This document shows, piece by piece, positions 26,042 to 35,333 of a stretch of 35,776 nt of DNA. The notes under the pieces are model-generated. The model was not told the origin of the DNA and searched no databases. It saw only the letters and a program-made list of their open reading frames with translations. Origin of the DNA: Candidatus Tenderia sp. Lineage in GTDB: Bacteria > Pseudomonadota > Gammaproteobacteria > Tenderiales > Tenderiaceae. Within the stretch, counting starts at the first letter, position 1. Every line of letters starts with the position of its first letter. The translations under genes were made by a program, and so were the position numbers. The stretch is taken from the NCBI GenBank assembly GCA_031416075.1, contig JANOSY010000050.1:1-35776 (forward strand), in the 5' to 3' direction.

Positions 26042-27463
26042 ATGTCAACCCAGCATCGATTCTCTATCGCCGGGTATTCAGCCTCCTTACATTTAGCCGA
26101 TATAGCACTTTGCCTAGCCACTTTTAATTCGACAAACGTAAGGGGAACCGTTTTGAGCGAGCCACAGGAACATTACATCTCGGCGGAGATATACAAAGGG
26201 TTCTACTACAACAGGGATCTGGATACCTCTACCATTATTAAAGAGTACGGTTCTATTGAGGCTATCCTGCACCAATCCCGCTTCATCGCTTGCCTGACCA
26301 TCCAGATTCCTCACCTCTATCGGGCCGAGTACCAATATGGCAGCCATGTCTATAACAGCCTGCTGGCACAGACCAATACCATTCTCAAAGAGTTAAAAAG
26401 CCTTCTTTTTCGTGAGGAGGATATATTGATTGTAGATATGGTTGAGGTTGATACGTTTGTTCTGTTCCTATCGCCGCCCCGTGACAACAATACCCAGTTA
26501 CTCGACCATATTGAATCCATGGTGCAGCGGGCACGCCGGCAAATTGAAGATAAAATATTCAACCTCTTTTATCCCTATACCAAACAATACTCTAAACCGG
26601 CGATTGGCTATGCACTGATCATCAACAACCCAATGGTCAACAATATGCGCCTGATCATGAGCCTGGTAAAACAGTCAAAACGGGTGGGTGAGTTTTTAGC
26701 TGAACAGCAGAAATACCAGAGCCTTTACCAACTCCAGAAGCTGATTTTGAACCGCGAGATCAGAACCGTCTTTCAGGCCATCATTGATATTAATAGCCTG
26801 GAGGTGATCGGTTATGAGGCGTTATCCCGTGGACCTGTCGATAGCGAGCTCAATTCACCGTTGTTAATGTTTTTATTGGCCACCGAGTTTGGCCTGACCT
26901 TTGAGCTGGACAGTATCTGCCGCAAAACCGCCTTCGAAAGTGCCCGCCATATCGACTCTGGCATCAAAATATTTGTAAATACACTGCCCATGACCATTCA
27001 TGACCCTGAGTTTCGTGGCCAGTATCTGAAAGATCTGCTGGAAGATCTGAAGTTAAAACCGGAAAACGTCGTTTTTGAGGTCAATGAAGCGCTGGCGATC
27101 GACAACTACGACCTTTTTAAGGGGGCGCTGAAGGACTACTCCGATATTGGAATCGTGCACGCCAGCGATGACATTGGTCGTGGCCATGCCGATCTGGAGC
27201 GTATTCTTGAGCTCGCCCCAGGCTATATGAAACTTGATATCAGCATGGTGCGCGACATTGACCAGAGCTTTATCAAACAGCAGATGGTCAAAGCCATGAT
27301 CAGTCTGGCCCACAACATCAGCTCTAAAATCATTGCTGAAGGTGTCGAGCGTAAAGAGGAGTATCTGATGCTCAAGCAGTTAGGCGTGGACTACGCCCAA
27401 GGGTATCTGTTTGGCCGTCCCAGCGAAAAGCCGGTCCCCTTTGATAAGTCACTCTGCTGCTGA
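26042..27463 (+). CDS. EAL-domain c-di-GMP phosphodiesterase with degenerate GGDEF-like N-terminal domain
   Basis: FQAI, GYEALSRGP, FVN, FEVNE, DDIG, KLD, IAEGVE, QGYLFGRP. True start may be TTG 26153. Confidence 0.9.
   Translation: MSTQHRFSIAGYSASLHLADIALCLATFNSTNVRGTVLSEPQEHYISAEIYKGFYYNRDLDTSTIIKEYGSIEAILHQSRFIACLTIQIPHLYRAEYQYGSHVYNSLLAQTNTILKELKSLLFREEDILIVDMVEVDTFVLFLSPPRDNNTQLLDHIESMVQRARRQIEDKIFNLFYPYTKQYSKPAIGYALIINNPMVNNMRLIMSLVKQSKRVGEFLAEQQKYQSLYQLQKLILNREIRTVFQAIIDINSLEVIGYEALSRGPVDSELNSPLLMFLLATEFGLTFELDSICRKTAFESARHIDSGIKIFVNTLPMTIHDPEFRGQYLKDLLEDLKLKPENVVFEVNEALAIDNYDLFKGALKDYSDIGIVHASDDIGRGHADLERILELAPGYMKLDISMVRDIDQSFIKQQMVKAMISLAHNISSKIIAEGVERKEEYLMLKQLGVDYAQGYLFGRPSEKPVPFDKSLCC
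26077..26103 (+). promoter_or_regulatory. Sigma-28-like promoter for the EAL gene
   Basis: TTCAG-N14-GCCGATAT, 50 nt upstream of an in-frame TTG (26153) preceded by AAGGGG. Confidence 0.5.
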
Positions 27464-27835
27464 ATCGCAGCGATACCCCAGTTTAAGAACGAACCCTGTC
27501 CGGCCTGCGGTGCCAATGAAGGGATGAAACTACGTAAAGTACCCTGGGTGAAATACACCAGGTCTCAAAAAAGAGGGGCTACACATCTTTTCTGTCCCCA
27601 TTATCTGGAGACAGACCACATCAAGACGCCGTGCAAATGTCGACGCGGGTCAACTGATCCACCTGTTGCCCCACAGCCACCATGGCGCAGAACTGTCGAT
27701 AAAAATGACTTTTTAGTCTTTCATCAGTTTGAGCAGGACTCTATTCAGCTCTGCGAACATATTCGTTTCTCCTTCGAACTGGTAAGAGATAACCGCAACC
27801 CGCCACTCATCACCCGGCGCAGTAGTGGCTCAACA

Positions 27836-27910
27836 TAAAAGCGTAATTTGCGATTACCGTTAGGCAAACGGCGCTTTTACTTTCATTGCCGGCAGGCAAC
27901 CGGGTAGAAT
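27836..27910 (+). promoter_or_regulatory. Inverted repeat and sigma-70-like promoter for dctQM
   Basis: TAAAAGCG..TTTGC...GCAAA..CGCTTTTA (27836-27879); TTCATT-N17-TAGAAT (27882-27910). Confidence 0.4.
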
Positions 27911-27943
27911 GCGCCATCTGTTAATACAACGCCCATCACCAAA

Positions 27944-28489
27944 ATGCCCATGACAACCACCCTGTTAAAAATTCTGAACCCCATCGCCACGCTTATCGAA
28001 AAGATCAGCGAGGGGACCGGTCGGCTGAGCGGCTGGCTGGTGGTGGCACTGGTATTACTGATCTGCTATGACGTTGCCATGCGTTATCTGTTCCAGGCCG
28101 GATCGGTGGCGCTACAGGAGCTGGAGTGGCACATCTTTGCCCTGATCTTTCTGCTGGGTGCCGCCTACACCCTCAAATATGATGAACATGTACGGGTGGA
28201 TGTTTTCTATCAGGCGCGCTGGATGAACCCCAAACGACGAGCCGTGGTCGATCTGTTTGGCTGTCTGTTTATGCTTTTACCTTTCTGCTGGTTGATGATC
28301 TACAGCTCCATCCCCTTTGTCAGCCAGGCCTACGGTTGGGGTGAAGCGTCACCCGATCCGGGCGGGCTGCCCTACCGCTGGTTACTCAAGGCGATGATCC
28401 CCATCGGTTTTGTGCTACTAGCACTACAAGGGGTCGCCATGATCATCCACTGCCTGCGAGAGATCACCGCCCATAAGGAGTCCCAGTAA
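27944..28489 (+). CDS. dctQ: TRAP transporter small permease
   Basis: DVAMRYLF, ELEWHIF, AYTL...HVRVD, EASPDPGGLP. Confidence 0.92.
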   Translation: MPMTTTLLKILNPIATLIEKISEGTGRLSGWLVVALVLLICYDVAMRYLFQAGSVALQELEWHIFALIFLLGAAYTLKYDEHVRVDVFYQARWMNPKRRAVVDLFGCLFMLLPFCWLMIYSSIPFVSQAYGWGEASPDPGGLPYRWLLKAMIPIGFVLLALQGVAMIIHCLREITAHKESQ

Positions 28490-29799
28490 TGGCGATGGAG
28501 TACTGGGCGCTGGTCATGTTTGCCGTGACTATTCTTTTGTTAATGCTGGGCTTTCCTGTCGCCTTCACCCTCGGCGCAATTGCAATGGCCTTTGGTGGCT
28601 ATTTCCTCGGTTGGCAGGAGTTCCAACTACTGCCGATGCGGGTCTGGGGGGTGATGACCAACTTCAGCCTGCTGGCGGTGCCACTGTTTGTTTTTATGGG
28701 GGTGATGTTGGAGCGGTCAGGCCTGGCGGAGGAGCTGCTGGAGACGGTGGCACGACTCTTTGGACGATTGCGCGGCGGGCTGGCCATCTCTATTGTTGTG
28801 GTGGGGGCAGTGCTGGCGGCGACCACCGGCGTTGTCGGGGCCACCGTGGTGGCAATGGGGGTCATCGCCCTGCCCATCATGCTCAAACGGGGTTATGACA
28901 AGGGGCTGGCAACGGGGACCATTGCCGCCTCTGGCACATTGGGGCAGATCATCCCCCCCAGCATCATCCTGATCCTGCTCGGCGATGTGATGGGGGTGGC
29001 GGCAGGTGAGCTGTTTGCCGCCGCCGTGATACCGGGGTTGCTGCTGGTACTGGCGTTTATCGTCTATATCCTGATCATCGCCTACCTGCGACCCGAACTG
29101 GCCCCCGCCGTAAAGATGGAGGAGCACACCCCTGGCCTGGCAGGCAAAGTGATCAAGAGCCTGTTACCGCCACTGATTCTGATTATTGCCGTGCTGGGAT
29201 CGATCTTTTTTGGCATCGCCTCACCCACGGAGTCGGCTGCTGTCGGTGCGCTGGGGGCCATGGTGCTGGCGGCACTGCATGGGCGTATGTCGCTCAGCAA
29301 TGTACGTGACAGCGCCCGTCATACCGCGCGCCTCACCAGCATGGTCTTTATCATATTGATTGGAGCCACCGCCTTTGGACTGGTCTTTCGCTCCATGGGC
29401 GGGGATCTGGTGGTAGAGGATATTATGCTGGCACTGCCTGGTGGCGAGTGGGGCTTTTTGGCCGCCAGTATGTTGCTGATCTTTGTGCTGGGGTTCTTCC
29501 TCGATTTCCTCGAGATCTGTTTTATTGTGGTCCCTATCCTGACCCCTATCGCCAGCGCACTGGACATCAACATGGTCTGGTTTGCCATCCTGATCGCCAT
29601 GAACCTGCAGACCTCGTTTCTGACGCCGCCGTTTGGCTTTTCACTCTTTTATCTCAAGGCGGTGGCACCGCCCGAGATCCACATCCAGCACATCTACCGG
29701 GGTGTGATCCCCTTTATCATCCTCCAGCTACTAGTGCTGGGGCTGCTGATGCTATTCCCTGAGGTGGTGCAGTGGTTACCCGGTCTGATGGCTGAATAG
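28489..29799 (+). CDS. dctM: TRAP transporter large permease
   Basis: GFPVAFTL, LLAVPLFVFMG, GTLGQIIPPSI, PTESAAVG, NLQTSFLTPPFG. Confidence 0.95.
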   Translation: MAMEYWALVMFAVTILLLMLGFPVAFTLGAIAMAFGGYFLGWQEFQLLPMRVWGVMTNFSLLAVPLFVFMGVMLERSGLAEELLETVARLFGRLRGGLAISIVVVGAVLAATTGVVGATVVAMGVIALPIMLKRGYDKGLATGTIAASGTLGQIIPPSIILILLGDVMGVAAGELFAAAVIPGLLLVLAFIVYILIIAYLRPELAPAVKMEEHTPGLAGKVIKSLLPPLILIIAVLGSIFFGIASPTESAAVGALGAMVLAALHGRMSLSNVRDSARHTARLTSMVFIILIGATAFGLVFRSMGGDLVVEDIMLALPGGEWGFLAASMLLIFVLGFFLDFLEICFIVVPILTPIASALDINMVWFAILIAMNLQTSFLTPPFGFSLFYLKAVAPPEIHIQHIYRGVIPFIILQLLVLGLLMLFPEVVQWLPGLMAE

Positions 29800-29806
29800 A
29801 TATCGG

Positions 29807-30304
29807 TTATTGAACAACAAAGCTGGTAAACAGCACCTCTTGAACACTAGAGGGAAACTCTTTACCTTCGGCATCCTTTGCCTTATGGGTCACGGAGATA
29901 TGGGCATACTGCTCCAGCACGGACTGAATCTTTGTCAGCGCCTCTTTACGGAGGTTTTCACGTGCCTGAACCGTCAGCACCTCATTAATATCCCGACTGG
30001 AAAAGAGCATTAACAGCTCATGACGAATGGGGGCCATATGTTTCTTCACTGCCGCCACCACCTCAGCATCCATGGTCATCAAATTCAGGCTCAACTGCAT
30101 AAACCGTAACGAACGGTTGTCCTGGACATTGACCACAAACGCTGGCTCCAGCGGCAGATAGTTAACCTTACCCGTCACCGCCCCGCCACTGTCACCACCG
30201 CCTCCACCGCCACTGGCAAACGCGGAGCTGGCACAAAACATCGCCAATAAACAGAGATAAAACCGCTGTTGCAAGGATATAACCGGACGCACTGCAAACT
30301 TCAT
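29807..30304 (-). CDS. fliL: Flagellar basal body-associated FliL-family protein
   Basis: YLPLEPAFVVNV, RFMQL, PIRHELLMLFS, VLFTSFVVQ C-terminus. Start ATG 30304 with GGAG RBS. Confidence 0.85.
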   Translation of the reverse strand: MKFAVRPVISLQQRFYLCLLAMFCASSAFASGGGGGGDSGGAVTGKVNYLPLEPAFVVNVQDNRSLRFMQLSLNLMTMDAEVVAAVKKHMAPIRHELLMLFSSRDINEVLTVQARENLRKEALTKIQSVLEQYAHISVTHKAKDAEGKEFPSSVQEVLFTSFVVQ

Positions 30305-30364
30305 AAAGCTCTCCCAAATACCATACAAACAAGGGTTAATGGTGATGTACGTTGTCAGCCATTG

Positions 30365-30391
30365 ATATCGGTAGGCAATAAAGATCCTGTA
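30365..30391 (-). promoter_or_regulatory. Sigma-28-like promoter for fliL
   Basis: Minus strand TACAG-N14-ACCGATAT, about 60 nt upstream of the start. Confidence 0.45.
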
Positions 30392-30512
30392 GGATTTGTT
30401 GGTTATAAAACTGTTAAATCTAAAAAAAACGAATTGAATCAGACGGTTGGTAGGATAGGGGAGATGATAGCCATTGGGTAGCAATGCCGCCACCCAATGG
30501 GTAAACGGTTAG

Positions 30513-31091
30513 CTAAGGACGCCAACCAAAGGTGATGCCCACACTATTACCACTCAGCTCCTGATTGGTATCACTGGTTGTATAGTCTATAAGGGTCACC
30601 CGACCACCGATGTAGCTCTTGGCACCTATAATATAATCCACCTCAAAAATAAGCCCCAGCGCATTATCAAAATCGGTCGTCGCCACAGCGGCTACGCCGC
30701 TACCCTTCATTGAGGGGTTGAGGTGATAGGCCAAACCACCGCCAAAACGCCATGATGGCGTGGTATAGAACTCCATCAGTTCGATCGGGTAACGTTTCCA
30801 GTCCACATCACCATTCTGGGCATTGGCAGAATCAAACTTGTAACTCAGGCTCATCTGGGTCTCCAGCTCAGGCAGGCGTGCTGGCGCTGTTTTAAAGGTA
30901 AACCCCACCCCCAGCTGCAACAGATCCCCAGCATCAATGCTGACAGTGTCGCCATTGGTATAGGTGGCATGAAACAGCTCATCACCACCCACATCAATCC
31001 CGCCCTGAAACAGCAGATCATAATCACCTGCCTGGGCGGTACCCGCCAGCAACAACGCCAATCCCGAAAATACCGCTTTCTGAAGCTTCAT
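30513..31091 (-). CDS. Small outer-membrane beta-barrel protein
   Basis: Signal peptide ending AQA-G; about eight amphipathic strands; C-terminal GITFGWRP. Confidence 0.75.
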   Translation of the reverse strand: MKLQKAVFSGLALLLAGTAQAGDYDLLFQGGIDVGGDELFHATYTNGDTVSIDAGDLLQLGVGFTFKTAPARLPELETQMSLSYKFDSANAQNGDVDWKRYPIELMEFYTTPSWRFGGGLAYHLNPSMKGSGVAAVATTDFDNALGLIFEVDYIIGAKSYIGGRVTLIDYTTSDTNQELSGNSVGITFGWRP

Positions 31092-31152
31092 TTGTTATTT
31101 AACTCCTTATTTTTAGGTTGTTTTTATAGCAACTACAACATCAACACCCCTG

Positions 31153-32238
31153 TTAAATCTTCAAACTCCGGGCGTAGGCCGCCTCGGAGATATCATTCCA
31201 CGCATCATTACTATCCCGGAACGAGCGGTACGCCTGGTAGACCTGCTTGAACGTTGCATCCTTGGCGGCCTCTGCATCCAACGTCTCCTGGGTAAGACGT
31301 TTAAGCGTCTTGATCACATCGTCCGGAAAGGGCAATACCTGAACCTTGTGTTTCTGCTTTAACTCTTGCAAGGCCTGCAGATTTTTAGCCTCGAATTCCG
31401 CCAGCATCCAGCCGTTGGCGGCGGCGGCGGCGGTCTCAATCATGATCTGAAATTCCGGCGGTAGCTCCGCCCACGCCTTGCTGTTGATGGTGAGTTCTAG
31501 AGTGGGGCCTGGCTCGTGCCAGCCGGGGTAGTAATAAAATTTGGCGGCGCGGTGCAGCCCCAGCCGCAAGTCGTGGAACGGGCCGATCCACTCAGTGGCG
31601 TCGAGGGTGCCACGCTCCAGGGCGGTGTAGATCTCGCCGCCCGCCATCAGGATCGGGTTGGCACCGGCCTGGGCCATCACCTTGCCGCCGAGACCAGGAA
31701 TACGCATCTTTAACCCTTTAAGGTCAGCAACGGTGTTGATCTTCTTGCGGAACCAGCCGCCCATCTGCACCCCGGTATTGCCCATCGGGAATGGGATCAG
31801 GTTGAAGGGTTTGTAGATATCGCGCCACAGTTTCAGACCGCCGCCGTGGTAGAGCCAGGCGTTCATGCCCTGGGCATTCATACCAAAGGGGACGGCGGTG
31901 AAGAACTGCGCCGCCGGCACCGTGCCGGACCAGTAGTAGGCGGCACCGTGGCCTATCTCCACTGTCCCCTGGGAGACGGCGTCAAAGGTCTGCATCGCCG
32001 GGATCAGCTCACCGGCGGCATAGACGCTGATGCGCAGGCGGCGGTCGCTCATCTTCTCGATATCGCTGGCAAAACGCTCCGCCCCCTCTTGCAGGATCGG
32101 CATGTTGGGCGGCCAGGTGGTGACCATCTTCCAGTTAAAGCGTTTTTTCGTGGCGGCCAGAGCCGGGGCGGCGGTGACGCTGGCAGCGGCTAATACACCA
32201 CCGCCAACGGCCTTCTTCAAAAAATCACGACGTTGCAT
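31153..32238 (-). CDS. dctP: TRAP substrate-binding protein with Tat signal (TakP / 2-oxoacid-type)
   Basis: MQRRDFLK Tat motif; WKMVTTWP, GNTGVQMGGWF, GLKMRIPGLGG, YYYPGWHEPG. Confidence 0.92.
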   Translation of the reverse strand: MQRRDFLKKAVGGGVLAAASVTAAPALAATKKRFNWKMVTTWPPNMPILQEGAERFASDIEKMSDRRLRISVYAAGELIPAMQTFDAVSQGTVEIGHGAAYYWSGTVPAAQFFTAVPFGMNAQGMNAWLYHGGGLKLWRDIYKPFNLIPFPMGNTGVQMGGWFRKKINTVADLKGLKMRIPGLGGKVMAQAGANPILMAGGEIYTALERGTLDATEWIGPFHDLRLGLHRAAKFYYYPGWHEPGPTLELTINSKAWAELPPEFQIMIETAAAAANGWMLAEFEAKNLQALQELKQKHKVQVLPFPDDVIKTLKRLTQETLDAEAAKDATFKQVYQAYRSFRDSNDAWNDISEAAYARSLKI

Positions 32239-32479
32239 GAAAAGTCCTTTTTTATTACGGAATGGGCCAACAGACAGCGCCCGTCAAAAGCCTGGGCAAG
32301 ATGGTAACGTAGCCTGCCGGGGGTCGCAATTTTTAGTGCTAAATGAGCCGGTTATCACTGCCGCAAAACCCTTCACACCGCTGCTCCAAGGTTTAATCTT
32401 TTCTGCCACGGGCCGCCATCTACACTATGTAAATGCCATATCGGCGGTGGTGGGCAGTCTGGTGATAGTCTGTAACACG

Positions 32480-33928
32480 TTGAAGTCAAAGTTTAATTTG
32501 TTGAATTCCTGGAGACTCATACCCCTCCTGGCCTGCATTTGTCTGACCACCACGGCCCAGGCCGCAACCTTTGTATTACCCAAAAGCGACGTCGTGGGGC
32601 AGATTCAGTACACCACGGCAAGCACTGGCGATACCCTGCGTGATATCGCACGGCGCTACAACATCAGCTTTAACGCCATCAAAACCGCCAATCCCCACAT
32701 CGACCCACAGCGGCCCGCCGCCGGGACGCGCATTTTGATCCCCAGTCGTCACCTGTTACCACCGGGGCCACGGGAAGGCATTGTCATTAATGTTGCCGAG
32801 ATGCAGCTCTACCACTACGTCATCCCCGTGCCACCCTCACAGACCACGGCGGACGAGGCGGCAAAGGCGATAGCCGCAGCACTGGCTGCACAGACCAGTG
32901 GAGAGAACCCGGCCCCCATAACCCCTGGCTCAACCCCTGGCTCAACCCCTGGCATAACCACAGGCGCGATCACCATCCCGCCCCCCATCACCCCTTTCGT
33001 AGCCATCAATCCGATCATCTCCGCAGGGCCAGCCACCCCTCCGGCCGACGCTGACCCGGCTCCCGCCACCCGCCCGGTGGAGCCTGTGGGTCCGCCGCTT
33101 GTGGGCATCTACCCCATTGGCGTCGGCAGTGAGTGCCGTCCAACTGGCTCCGGCAGCCACACCGTAGAACAACGGCTGAGTCGTCCCTCCTGGACCGTGC
33201 CTGCCTCCCTGCGGGCGGCACAACCCAGCCTGCCGGACGTGATGCTGCCCGGCCCCAAAAACCCGCTAGGCAATTATGCCCTCATGCTCAATACCCCCGG
33301 CTTTATGATCCACGGCACCAACAGTAACAACAACATCGGCACAACATTGAGCCGTGGCTGCATCAGCATGTATGCGGAAGATGTTGAGCTGTTGATCAAC
33401 CAGGTCACCACCGGCACAACAGTCCGCTTTGTTAACCAGCCCCTGAAACACGGCTACAAAAACGGCGCCCTTTACCTGGAGTTTCATAAACCGGCTAACA
33501 GTGAGGGGGAGTTAAACCTAGCCGCGTTTGTTAACTGGATGAGTACCATCAACCGTGCCCCTATGGATACCTCGGACTGGCAGCGGGCGCGCCAGGTGGC
33601 CGAAGGCTCCCGTGGCCTGGCCATGCCGGTGATGCAGCTCAAGTCAAAACCGCGCCCGGATCGTGGCCTCTGGTTACAGATCGGCCAGTTTAAAACCTCC
33701 AAATCCGCCCATGCGCTGATTAAAAAAATCGAGGTGATAGGCGTGCCGCTGATCACCCACGACTGCCATAGTGGCAAACCCTGCAAGGTAATGGCCGGCC
33801 CCTTTAAGGATCGGGAGTATGTTGATGAACTGCTCAAAAAGATCAAATGGGTGGTTGGCGTGAAAGGCAGCATTGTTCCCTATCAGGAAGAGGATGATTT
33901 TCAGCTGCCCCTGCTCAAACCAAACTGA
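32480..33928 (+). CDS. L,D-transpeptidase (LysM, YkuD domain, C-terminal SPOR-like domain)
   Basis: Signal peptide ending AQA-A; GDTLRDIARRY (LysM); PGPKNPLG, IHGT...SRGC; WLQIGQF...AGPF (SPOR-like). Start uncertain (TTG 32480-32501). Confidence 0.85.
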   Translation: MKSKFNLLNSWRLIPLLACICLTTTAQAATFVLPKSDVVGQIQYTTASTGDTLRDIARRYNISFNAIKTANPHIDPQRPAAGTRILIPSRHLLPPGPREGIVINVAEMQLYHYVIPVPPSQTTADEAAKAIAAALAAQTSGENPAPITPGSTPGSTPGITTGAITIPPPITPFVAINPIISAGPATPPADADPAPATRPVEPVGPPLVGIYPIGVGSECRPTGSGSHTVEQRLSRPSWTVPASLRAAQPSLPDVMLPGPKNPLGNYALMLNTPGFMIHGTNSNNNIGTTLSRGCISMYAEDVELLINQVTTGTTVRFVNQPLKHGYKNGALYLEFHKPANSEGELNLAAFVNWMSTINRAPMDTSDWQRARQVAEGSRGLAMPVMQLKSKPRPDRGLWLQIGQFKTSKSAHALIKKIEVIGVPLITHDCHSGKPCKVMAGPFKDREYVDELLKKIKWVVGVKGSIVPYQEEDDFQLPLLKPN

Positions 33929-34052
33929 CCCGCCAGCCATTTAGCCACCCCTCCCATCTGCCCCGCAATTCATACCGAGAAGAGACAAGTCACCCACGGT
34001 AGACGATAATGCCGCCCACGGTTATACACCCCAGAGGCAGTCCAGAGGCAGT

Positions 34053-35333
34053 ATGGAACAGGCGACAAAAACAGCAAAAAGTGGTTGGAGCTGGATCCCT
34101 ACGCTCTACTTTGGTCAGGGCATCCCCTATGTTGTGGTGATGATGCTTGCCGTCGTCATGTACAAAAAGATGGGGCTGTCGAACAGCGACATCGCCCTCT
34201 ACACCAGCTGGCTCTACCTGCCGTGGGTGATTAAGCCACTCTGGTCACCGTTTGTTGAGATGTTCCGCACTAAACGGTTCTGGATACTCACCATGCAACT
34301 GCTGATCGGCGCCACCCTGGCGCTGGTGGCGCTGACGTTGCCGACATCCAACTTCTTTCAGATCACACTCGCCATCTTCTGGTTGATGGCCTTCAGCTCC
34401 GCCACCCATGACATCGCCGCCGATGGTTTTTACATGCTGGCGCTCAAAGAGCAGCAGCAGGCCGCCTTTGTTGGGGTACGCAGCACCTTCTATCGCCTCG
34501 CCATGATTGCCGGGCAAGGCGGGCTGGTCTACATCGCCGGTCACTTTGAAAAAACCACCGGCGATATCACCCAGGCGTGGTCGATAGTCTTTTTTATTCT
34601 GGCAGCGATGTTCTTATCACTCTTCATCTATCACAAATTTGTATTGCCACTCCCCGCAAGCGACCACGCCACCACCGACAATACGCGGCCAATGCAGCAG
34701 TTTTATTCTGTTTTTATAAAATTCATACGGAAAAAAGAGATCCTCTCCATCCTCGCCTTTCTGTTGCTGTTTCGTTTTGCCGAGGCGCAGCTCGTCAAGC
34801 TCGCTGCACCGTTTTTGCTGGATGGGCGAGACAGCGGTGGGCTGGGACTGACAACCCAAGGACTCGGCGTGGTCTATGGTACTGCCGGTGTGATTGCACT
34901 GACACTCGGTGGCCTGCTCGGTGGTTACGCCATCTCCCGCCTTGGCCTTAAACGAATGCTCTGGGGCATGGTGATGGCGGTCAACATCCCCAACATCGTT
35001 TACGTCTATCTGGCGCTCACCATGCCGACAAACCTCACCATCATCTCCAGCGCTATTGCCATCGAACAGTTCGGTTACGGTTTTGGTTTCACCGCCTACA
35101 TGATGTTTATGATCATGGTCGCCGACGGCGAACACAAAACCGCCCACTACGCCCTCTGCACTGGATTTATGGCGCTCGGCATGATGCTGCCCGGCATGGC
35201 CAGCGGCTGGATTCAGGAGCAACTTGGCTATCAACATTTTTTCATCTGGGTGTGCATTGCCACGTTGCCGTCGTTGCTGGTAACGGCATTTGTAAAAATT
35301 GACCCGGCGTTCGGCAAAAAGATTGAACGCTGA
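34053..35333 (+). CDS. ampG: AmpG-like MFS muropeptide permease
   Basis: LYFGQGIPY, PWVIKPLWSP, SATHDIAADG motifs; many TM helices. Confidence 0.8.
   Translation: MEQATKTAKSGWSWIPTLYFGQGIPYVVVMMLAVVMYKKMGLSNSDIALYTSWLYLPWVIKPLWSPFVEMFRTKRFWILTMQLLIGATLALVALTLPTSNFFQITLAIFWLMAFSSATHDIAADGFYMLALKEQQQAAFVGVRSTFYRLAMIAGQGGLVYIAGHFEKTTGDITQAWSIVFFILAAMFLSLFIYHKFVLPLPASDHATTDNTRPMQQFYSVFIKFIRKKEILSILAFLLLFRFAEAQLVKLAAPFLLDGRDSGGLGLTTQGLGVVYGTAGVIALTLGGLLGGYAISRLGLKRMLWGMVMAVNIPNIVYVYLALTMPTNLTIISSAIAIEQFGYGFGFTAYMMFMIMVADGEHKTAHYALCTGFMALGMMLPGMASGWIQEQLGYQHFFIWVCIATLPSLLVTAFVKIDPAFGKKIER

Noticed and set aside
27461-27500. Selenocysteine recoding of the EAL TGA
   Set aside because: The adjacent hairpin is too short and misplaced for a bacterial SECIS, and the EAL domain is already complete.
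30305-30493. N-terminal extension of the FliL ORF
   Set aside because: AT-rich intergenic sequence containing the putative promoter; RBS supports ATG 30304.
32030-32479. 150-aa N-terminal extension of the L,D-transpeptidase ORF
   Set aside because: Overlaps dctP on the opposite strand and the divergent promoter region; the signal peptide begins near 32480-32500.
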